Of a stretch of DNA of 64,000 nucleotides, positions 57,805 to 64,000 are shown in pieces. The position numbers and the translations under genes are program-made. Position 1 is the stretch's first letter. The number at the start of each line of letters is the position of its first letter. Source of the stretch: a virus; the IMG/VR virus record IMGVR_UViG_3300047362_000301, positions 2,394 to 66,393 of that record; one strand, 5' to 3'. The notes beneath the pieces were generated by a model. The model made no database searches, was not told the DNA's origin, and saw only the letters and a program-made list of their open reading frames with translations.

Positions 57805-58104
57805 ATGAGTAACGAATTAGGTGTAGACATAGACGGCGATGGAAAGCCAGATTTAAGTTTAGATTTAAAAACTATTATATTAATAATAGGTGGTTTAATA
57901 TCTATAACAATGACTTATACTACTTTGACTGAGCAAATTCAGGTAAACAAAGCTGGTATTGAAGAGGCTAAAAAACTACCGCCTCAACAGTCGCATGAAG
58001 TTATAGATCAAAAGCTTTTATATCTTGAAGAAATGATGGATAAGCTTGCTGAAGATCATGATAAACGTTTAGATAAACTAGAAGATAAAATTTACAGACG
58101 ATGA
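57805..58104 (+). CDS. Single-TM coiled-coil membrane protein
   Basis: DIDGDGKPD (DxDxDG) then TM and coiled coil. Confidence 0.55.
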   Translation: MSNELGVDIDGDGKPDLSLDLKTIILIIGGLISITMTYTTLTEQIQVNKAGIEEAKKLPPQQSHEVIDQKLLYLEEMMDKLAEDHDKRLDKLEDKIYRR

Positions 58105-58403
58105 AACTAGATGAAACATCAAAAGTTCAACTAGATATTAAAACATTGATAGGTGTAGTTGCTGGTATTGTAACTATAGCTGGAATATGGTTTGATCTTA
58201 CTGCTGAAATATCTACGCTAGAAAAAGATGTTTCAAGGTTACAATATAATCAAACTTTAAATGATGAATTTAGAATTAAATGGCCTAGAGGTGAAATGGG
58301 TGCATTACCAGATGATGCAAAGCAAGATTTAAGAATAGAATACTTGCAAAAAGATGTAGAAAAATTACAACAATTAATTGAAGAATTAAAAGAAAAAAAA
58401 TAG
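58101..58403 (+). CDS. Single-TM coiled-coil membrane protein, probable paralog of the previous ORF
   Basis: LDIKTLIG vs LDLKTIIL; TM then LP...(I/L).YL...(M/V)(D/E)KL. Confidence 0.55.
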   Translation: MKLDETSKVQLDIKTLIGVVAGIVTIAGIWFDLTAEISTLEKDVSRLQYNQTLNDEFRIKWPRGEMGALPDDAKQDLRIEYLQKDVEKLQQLIEELKEKK

Positions 58404-58445
58404 GATAAGAAAAAATGGGCACCATACCCAAAAATCCTGTAACAA

Positions 58446-58478
58446 GAAAGGGCCCTCATTACGAGAGCCCTTTTTTTA
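58446..58478. terminator. Bidirectional intrinsic terminator at the convergence point
   Basis: GAAAGGGCCCTC-ATTAC-GAGAGCCCTTTTTTT between converging arms. Confidence 0.75.
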
Positions 58479-60212
58479 TTATCCATCACAACTAAGACAA
58501 CCGTCATCCATTGCTTGTTCAGCAATATCTCCACGTAATACTGACTCAGTCCGAGTGTAGTATAAGGTTTTAATACCTTTCTTCCAAGCTTCAAAATGTA
58601 CTTTATTTATCCACTTAGGCGTGGCAACGCTAGGAAAAGCTAAGTTTAAACTTACGCTTTGATCTATATACTGTTGCCTGATACCTGCTTGATTAATTAA
58701 TTCTAATTGATTAATCTCTTTAAATGTTTTAAATACATCTTTAGCTGGTATATCATTATAAGGACCAACCATAACTTTATTAAGTTCTTTTAGCCCTTGT
58801 ACTGATCCTCCGTCTTTTAAGATCTTAGACCAAGTAGTTTCATTATTGATTTTAAGTTTGCGAAAGAGCTTAACCAATGTGGGATTTTTGCGGATGAAAG
58901 TACCTTTAGCACTTTGCTCAGTAAATACATTAGCAGCCCAAGGCTCAATACCAGGAGATACATTACCGCTAAGCTTACTGTTACTAACGGTAGGAGCAAT
59001 AGCCCTAAGGTGAGTGTTACGCATCCCAGTGCCGACACACCAAAGAGGTTCGCCAAATTCTTCAGCAAGCGCCATAGAGGCTCTTTCCGATTCAATTTTA
59101 ATTTGTGAAAATATTTTACGTGTTTCATATTGTGCTAATAATCCTTCAAATGGTAGGCCCTTTTCTTGTAAATACGTGTGCCAACCTAAAACGCCTAATC
59201 CTAAAGCTCTACCTTTCTCAGCAGATCTTACAGAATTATGAAACCCAACTTTACCCTTGGATCTTTGTATGAACTCTTCTAATACACCGTCTAAAAACCA
59301 TATAGAATCATATATAACATTTGTATGTTTCCATTCATCATATTTAGCTAAGTTTAAACTAGATAAACAACATATAAAACTATGGGATTCATCAGTATGT
59401 AATGTAATCTCAGAGCATATGTTGGTCATATGTACTTTTAAACCATGCTTTTTGTATGCTGTTGGATTACTCTTGTTTGTATTTCCTTTAAATAAAATAT
59501 AAGGTTCTCCAGTTGCTTTACGCTTTTGTAAAAGCTTTCCCCATCGTTTTCTAGCTTTAACATCTCCTGTTTCAACTCGTCGCATGAACTTATCACCGAC
59601 CACAGCACACTGGTGGAGGTTGAGCGACTGACGGTTAACGTCTCCTTTAGGTTCTCTAATTTCGAGCCACTCTTCAAAATCGGGGTGTTCAATATTGATG
59701 TTAACTGATGCAGCTCCTCGTCGGACAGATCCTTGATTAGTGGCAAGTATTGTTGAATCGTATATCTTACAAAAAGGCACAACGCCGTCAGATGTTCCAT
59801 TTCCTTTAATTTTATCGCCAGCGGGTCTGATTTGATTTATACCGATGCCAACTCCACCGCCGTGTTTTGCGAGTAGCATCATCTCTAAGTTTTTAGTTCC
59901 TATGTCATGTATACTGTCAGCAACATCTATACCAAAACAACTGATCGGCAAACCTCTGTCTGTTCCTGTATTAGACAACACAGGGGATGCAAGACATAAC
60001 CAACCTGACCAAATGTATTCAAAGAATTTTTCAGCCATATCAGGACGTTCTAAACGTCTTGCTACAGTGTTACAAACCCTATGGTAAGCATCTTTAGGTG
60101 ATTCATCTTTTAAAAGATAACCACCACCTATAGTTTTTTTATACACATCAGTGTCACCCCAACTAGGGTAATCAACACCTTTTTTCCATTCATTATTCCA
60201 CATCTGTTTCAA
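58479..60212 (-). CDS. nrdA: Ribonucleotide reductase class I alpha subunit (no ATP cone)
   Basis: ISCF, GGGVG, RRGA, NICSEI, IAPT, IDQSVSLN, KTLYY, C-terminal CLSCDG. Confidence 0.95.
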   Translation of the reverse strand: MKQMWNNEWKKGVDYPSWGDTDVYKKTIGGGYLLKDESPKDAYHRVCNTVARRLERPDMAEKFFEYIWSGWLCLASPVLSNTGTDRGLPISCFGIDVADSIHDIGTKNLEMMLLAKHGGGVGIGINQIRPAGDKIKGNGTSDGVVPFCKIYDSTILATNQGSVRRGAASVNINIEHPDFEEWLEIREPKGDVNRQSLNLHQCAVVGDKFMRRVETGDVKARKRWGKLLQKRKATGEPYILFKGNTNKSNPTAYKKHGLKVHMTNICSEITLHTDESHSFICCLSSLNLAKYDEWKHTNVIYDSIWFLDGVLEEFIQRSKGKVGFHNSVRSAEKGRALGLGVLGWHTYLQEKGLPFEGLLAQYETRKIFSQIKIESERASMALAEEFGEPLWCVGTGMRNTHLRAIAPTVSNSKLSGNVSPGIEPWAANVFTEQSAKGTFIRKNPTLVKLFRKLKINNETTWSKILKDGGSVQGLKELNKVMVGPYNDIPAKDVFKTFKEINQLELINQAGIRQQYIDQSVSLNLAFPSVATPKWINKVHFEAWKKGIKTLYYTRTESVLRGDIAEQAMDDGCLSCDG

Positions 60213-60441
60213 ACTTTTTTTCTGGTTGAGCTCTTTTCTCTACATCTTGTAATTCTTCAACTAGCTTTTTCCAGGTATCTTCACCTATATGTAATTGAAA
60301 AGCAGTTAAAGTACCTTTAGACATTATATCTACTTGTTGTAGTTTTTGTATTAAACCATTAACTACATTAGTTAATTGTTCGATCTTTTTTTTCATTAAA
60401 ATTAATTCATTTTCTTTCATGATATAAAATGTTTTAGCCAA
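60193..60441 (-). CDS. Hypothetical coiled-coil protein
   Basis: 82 aa ORF between nrdB and nrdA. Confidence 0.5.
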   Translation of the reverse strand: MAKTFYIMKENELILMKKKIEQLTNVVNGLIQKLQQVDIMSKGTLTAFQLHIGEDTWKKLVEELQDVEKRAQPEKKFETDVE

Positions 60442-60668
60442 GCAATAAGGCCATTAATATTTAAAGCAACTAAGTTCCATTGCTTACGCGATGCTGTTTG
60501 TACTCCAACACAAATAAAACCAACTATATATAAAGCTGGTTCTATTGTCCATTGTGCTGCTACTAGAAAACCTGCTCCCATATAACCTATACGAGTAGCT
60601 AGTCTTTCACTAGCGTTTAGTTTTCTTTTTCTTTCGATTAAAAATCTTAGTATTTTGTATTTTACCAT
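60417..60668 (-). CDS. Small multi-pass membrane protein
   Basis: Three hydrophobic segments; KQWNLVALN. Confidence 0.55.
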   Translation of the reverse strand: MVKYKILRFLIERKRKLNASERLATRIGYMGAGFLVAAQWTIEPALYIVGFICVGVQTASRKQWNLVALNINGLIAWLKHFIS

Positions 60669-61639
60669 ACATCGTCGAAGTCTTCGCCTTCATTTGCTTT
60701 ACTATAGTCAGTCGGCCTAATAGCGAAAAAATCAGTGTGAGTGTGACCCCCAGTAAGATGGTCGAACCAAGCCATTTTGTCAATTGACTTTTGGTCATAT
60801 TCAAATTTAAATTTTCCTTCTGCTTTATAGCCCAGTTCTTTAAGTTTATCACCTGTACGTTTTTTAATAAAATGTTTTAGGTCATATTCTGTTATTCCTT
60901 CAATATCACCCATTTCAAATAACTTACTTATATAAGTCATTTCAGCATTATGCATAGTTAAAGCTGCATCGTATATATGCTCTTTACATTCTTCTTTTAA
61001 ACCTGGTACTTGCGAACACATGTGTCTGAATAATTGACAACCCATTTTACTATGTAATGATTCATCTCTTACAGACCATTTCATTTGTTGGCCAATACCT
61101 TTTAATAAGTTTCTCATTTGAAAACTATAAAGCACAGCAAATGCTGAATATAAACTAACGCCTTCTGCAAATGCAGAAAATGTAGCTAATGATTTACCTA
61201 TACCTACAGGATCATTACCTTCATAAGCTACAAGATTATCAAATCTAGCAGCTGTAGCTGGTTCATGTAAGAAAGCTTCATAGTCTTCAAGACCTAAGGT
61301 TTCATTTAAATAACTATATGCTACTGCGTGAATCGTCTCTTGCGATCCAAACATCATAGCCATCTGTTGTATCTCGTGTTTCGGAAACCAAGATACAACT
61401 TTTTGCGTCCAGTAGTCGGAGACAGCGCATTCGGTTTGTGCGAAGCCGAGTAGTATGTTTCCAACAAGGTTTTTTTCTTTATCATTTAATTGTTCGTTCC
61501 AGTCTTTAAGGTCGCCTGACATAGGTATCTCAGTATGTAACCAAAATGCTTGCGCTTGTTTTAACCAACCTTCAGTGTAATACTCAGGGTATTCAAAAGG
61601 CTTGTACGGTATTCTTTCTGTAAATAGTGGTATTCCCAT
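60662..61639 (-). CDS. nrdB: Ribonucleotide reductase class I beta subunit
   Basis: KPFEYP, AFW..E, ETIHAVAY, EGVSLYSAF, RDESLH, DFF..R.TDY. Confidence 0.95.
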   Translation of the reverse strand: MGIPLFTERIPYKPFEYPEYYTEGWLKQAQAFWLHTEIPMSGDLKDWNEQLNDKEKNLVGNILLGFAQTECAVSDYWTQKVVSWFPKHEIQQMAMMFGSQETIHAVAYSYLNETLGLEDYEAFLHEPATAARFDNLVAYEGNDPVGIGKSLATFSAFAEGVSLYSAFAVLYSFQMRNLLKGIGQQMKWSVRDESLHSKMGCQLFRHMCSQVPGLKEECKEHIYDAALTMHNAEMTYISKLFEMGDIEGITEYDLKHFIKKRTGDKLKELGYKAEGKFKFEYDQKSIDKMAWFDHLTGGHTHTDFFAIRPTDYSKANEGEDFDDVW

Positions 61640-61764
61640 TAGCGTCCTTGGCCTCTATATTGTTTTTTATAACCTGTCTGTCCTTTAGAGGCGTTTTTAG
61701 AATGAACACCAGGTCGTCTTGTTTTACTCTTTCTTGTATAATTTGCTAGTACTATTTTTGCCAT
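61639..61764 (-). CDS. Small basic protein ending YRGQGR
   Basis: Hand translation MAKIVLANYTRRVKTRRPGVHSKNASKGQTGYKKQYRGQGR; coupled to nrdB. Confidence 0.6.
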   Translation of the reverse strand: MAKIVLANYTRKSKTRRPGVHSKNASKGQTGYKKQYRGQGR

Positions 61765-62047
61765 TATTCTTCGTAATAAAAGCTTAAACAAATATCTATA
61801 AAACCTAAATAAAGTACGTGATCAACTTGATAATCACCATCTTCATAAGATCTTATGCCAAATAATATACCTGGAAAAAATCCTGTAGATAATTCCCATG
61901 ACGTATTTTTTTTAATCATAACATTTAATATTATATTTATTATGGATCTCTAAAAGATCTTTCCATTTTAAATAACCTCTTTTGTTTGTAGTCCATTTAA
62001 TATAAGTATCGATCTTACGTTCTTTATATTTAGTTCTAGCTATATGT

Positions 62048-62533
62048 TTAGAGGCCAGTTTGTTTTTTCTTTGCATTTGTTCTATGGTTTTTTCTCATCT
62101 CTTCAATATGTCTTATTGTAAAGTCACACTCAGATTGGTTTTGTGGTTTAAATAAAGCTATAGTGGGTGCGTGTAATGACATCCATGATTTAAACATCTT
62201 CCAACGTAATGGAAACGATTCATTTGGCCTACCTTTACATTCAATTACAAAATCTCTACCTACAAAATCTGGTTTGTATTTTATAGGTAGAATTTTTTTA
62301 TAACCTCTATCTTTGTATTCACCTTTACCGTTAGCTTGTCTTTCAAAACAAACATTTCCAAACTCAAAACCTTCAAGCAACGTGTAAGAGGCAGGTTCAT
62401 ATTCAGCAACTATCTTAGCTGCTTTTAAAGCTTTATACATATAAACTTCTAATCCTGAAGCAAATTTAATACCATCGTATGTTACTTTTTTACTTCTGAC
62501 TGGACCTTTTTTTTTAGAGTATTTCTTCTTCAT
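62048..62533 (-). CDS. T7 endonuclease I-like / DUF1064-like PD-(D/E)XK nuclease
   Basis: DGIKFASGLE, YKPDF, VIECKG. Confidence 0.75.
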   Translation of the reverse strand: MKKKYSKKKGPVRSKKVTYDGIKFASGLEVYMYKALKAAKIVAEYEPASYTLLEGFEFGNVCFERQANGKGEYKDRGYKKILPIKYKPDFVGRDFVIECKGRPNESFPLRWKMFKSWMSLHAPTIALFKPQNQSECDFTIRHIEEMRKNHRTNAKKKQTGL

Positions 62534-62789
62534 AAACGTTAATGTTTTTTAATAAAAGCTCTTCAGACATATCTTGCATTTCTTCTCTTGCTGCTTGTAT
62601 GTATAGTATTGCATCCATTAATTCTTCTTGTACGTCGTTTAAATAACCTGATAAGTCTTTTAAACCTTTAGTACGTTCGTCGTGTAGAGTTGAACCATAC
62701 TTTTTAAAGCCGACATTAGAACGATTAATAAATTTATCTACAACTCGTTCTACGACTGGATCTCTAAATTCTATATTTTTATTTTTCAT
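62514..62789 (-). CDS. All-alpha NTP pyrophosphohydrolase-like protein
   Basis: RS.VG.KKYG.TL...QEELMDAILY motif. Confidence 0.55.
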   Translation of the reverse strand: MKNKNIEFRDPVVERVVDKFINRSNVGFKKYGSTLHDERTKGLKDLSGYLNDVQEELMDAILYIQAAREEMQDMSEELLLKNINVYEEEIL

Positions 62790-63546
62790 CTTTTACAAAT
62801 GTTCCGTTAATCATTTTACCTGTTCTTTTACTAATAACCTTGTATGCTTCAGCTATACATGTTTCTATGTGTACGCCTCGTTGATGTGCTAAGTTTGTTA
62901 ACACAACAACCATATCACCAATAGCATCTATAACTTCTGGTTGATCATCTTTCAATAAAGCTTTAGCTAGCTCGCCAGCTTCTTCTTGTAGCTTAACATA
63001 TTGCACCATAGGGTTACCTTTGTCATATAAACCTCTGTCTTTAGCCCATTGTCTTATGTTCTCAAACATTTTTAAAGGTTTTTTACTACACGGTTTAAAG
63101 CTTTTAACTGCTTTAAAATATTCTGCAAAAGCTTTATTGTATACGTAAGATCTATTATCATTATACATAGAAACTTTAGCGTTGTCCATTATCCATTGTA
63201 TTGTTTGCATATCTATATAGAACTGACCATGAGATGTTTCCCATTTTAAATTCATATTGTCCATAAGATGTCCTTTCAGTTTGTTTAAAGGAACTGCAAA
63301 AGTTGAAGTCTGTTCTGTTACATTTATTTTCATTTTCTTAAAAAGGTTTTTATATTTTTTTCTATCGACCTTATAGCCATAAGACTTTTGAAGTTCTATC
63401 TCTTTGTCTGATATATAATTTATATCATCCGATTGATCAAGAACTTCATATTCACTAGAGCTATAGCCCTGAATTAATGTAACACGGGTATTAAGATCAC
63501 GTGTTACACCTATCTTTTTACCTGGTATGTGGTATAAATAATACAT
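62779..63546 (-). CDS. GIY-YIG-like N-terminal domain fused to a C-terminal MazG-like NTP pyrophosphohydrolase
   Basis: N-terminal YYLY...KIGVT..L..R...E; C-terminal WAKDRGL, KLQEEAGELA, DAIGD.VVVL, AY..I..RTG...NGTFVK. Confidence 0.7.
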   Translation of the reverse strand: MYYLYHIPGKKIGVTRDLNTRVTLIQGYSSSEYEVLDQSDDINYISDKEIELQKSYGYKVDRKKYKNLFKKMKINVTEQTSTFAVPLNKLKGHLMDNMNLKWETSHGQFYIDMQTIQWIMDNAKVSMYNDNRSYVYNKAFAEYFKAVKSFKPCSKKPLKMFENIRQWAKDRGLYDKGNPMVQYVKLQEEAGELAKALLKDDQPEVIDAIGDMVVVLTNLAHQRGVHIETCIAEAYKVISKRTGKMINGTFVKDEK

Positions 63547-64000
63547 TATTTTGTTATTTTATCGTTATACAAATGTAAGTTATGTGCGAAATGGTAATAC
63601 GTACCGATCTCATATCCTGTCCTCTCTGAGACTAATTCCTGTAGCTTTGAAAAACAATACTGATCATTACAGAAACCGTACCAGAGATCATTAGAACGCA
63701 TCACAACTGACATATTTAGTTTATTGTTTAATACTGTAAACTGAACCGCATAAGTACATGGTGTATCTTTAGCATAGTAATGATGTTCTTTACCATCATA
63801 TATACTTATTGCCGCGTGTCTAGTATTAGGATTATCCTTAAGCTTTGCGATTACATAATCTAATTGATAGTTACGTTCCCATTGCCAACCGTAATTAGAT
63901 CTTACTTCATTATTACCGTCGACCATTCGTTGCCATATCTCAGGCACTCTACCATATATCTCTCCTAACTTATCTACATTAGGATCACCTGATAAGTACC
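63546..64000 (-). CDS. Thymidylate synthase family enzyme, 5' truncated, with dCMP-type Asp
   Basis: Frame open to the window edge (WYLSGDP); YG.QW, TRHA, PCT, MRSNDLWYGFCND, HFAHNLHLY. Confidence 0.8.
   Translation of the reverse strand, partial: YLSGDPNVDKLGEIYGRVPEIWQRMVDGNNEVRSNYGWQWERNYQLDYVIAKLKDNPNTRHAAISIYDGKEHHYYAKDTPCTYAVQFTVLNNKLNMSVVMRSNDLWYGFCNDQYCFSKLQELVSERTGYEIGTYYHFAHNLHLYNDKITK

Noticed and set aside
10630-58403. Stop-codon reassignment as in some crAss-like phages
   Set aside because: Long intact ORFs under the standard code, TAG and TGA used as real stops, and no suppressor tRNA (anticodons TTG and CAT).
117-60852. Numerous antisense or shadow ORFs in the track (e.g. 635-871, 3543-3836, 50179-50682, 57462-57830, 58250-58594)
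   Set aside because: They lie opposite or within well-supported genes and have composition typical of reverse-frame translation.
1-64000. Prophage or temperate lifestyle
   Set aside because: No integrase, repressor-like CI or host flanking genes in the window; the unseen remainder of the genome prevents a firm conclusion.

Overview
Most of the genome of an AT-rich tailed dsDNA phage with podovirus-like architecture. It resembles marine Bacteroidota/flavobacterial phages, but the host is inferred only from gene content and the A-rich, Shine-Dalgarno-poor start regions. Layout: (1) minus-strand early/middle arm, 1-10.2 kb, with primase start, SSB, exonuclease, ERF, a sigma-70-family factor, HTH protein, ligase, many small ORFs, two tRNAs and several unusual RNAs; (2) a divergent non-coding switch region at about 10.25-10.6 kb; (3) plus-strand late arm, 10.6-58.4 kb, with five tail fibre/RBP genes, GroEL/GroES, M15 endolysin, holin, small basic proteins, terminase, portal, scaffold, capsid, tail and ejection proteins; (4) minus-strand nucleotide metabolism arm, 58.5-64 kb, with NrdA, NrdB, endonuclease I, two NTP-pyrophosphohydrolases and a ThyA-family enzyme. 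The most notable observations are these. A tightly packed ncRNA cassette holds a 78-nt tmRNA tRNA-like-domain mimic (G3-U70) with no mRNA domain, a 143-nt rod RNA, a 75-nt hairpin and an initiator tRNA; a separate 43-nt acceptor/T-arm mini-tRNA lies elsewhere. Two classes of phage promoter-like motif (7 and 4 copies) often sit 5 nt before an ATG. A GTGACA inverted-repeat site family recurs at control points. The ThyA-family enzyme has the dCMP-type Asp and is coupled to a GIY-YIG-like::MazG fusion, suggesting modified cytosine. Several small basic late proteins share an N-terminal SP[FL] motif. All product calls come from motif recognition by eye; no searches were run.
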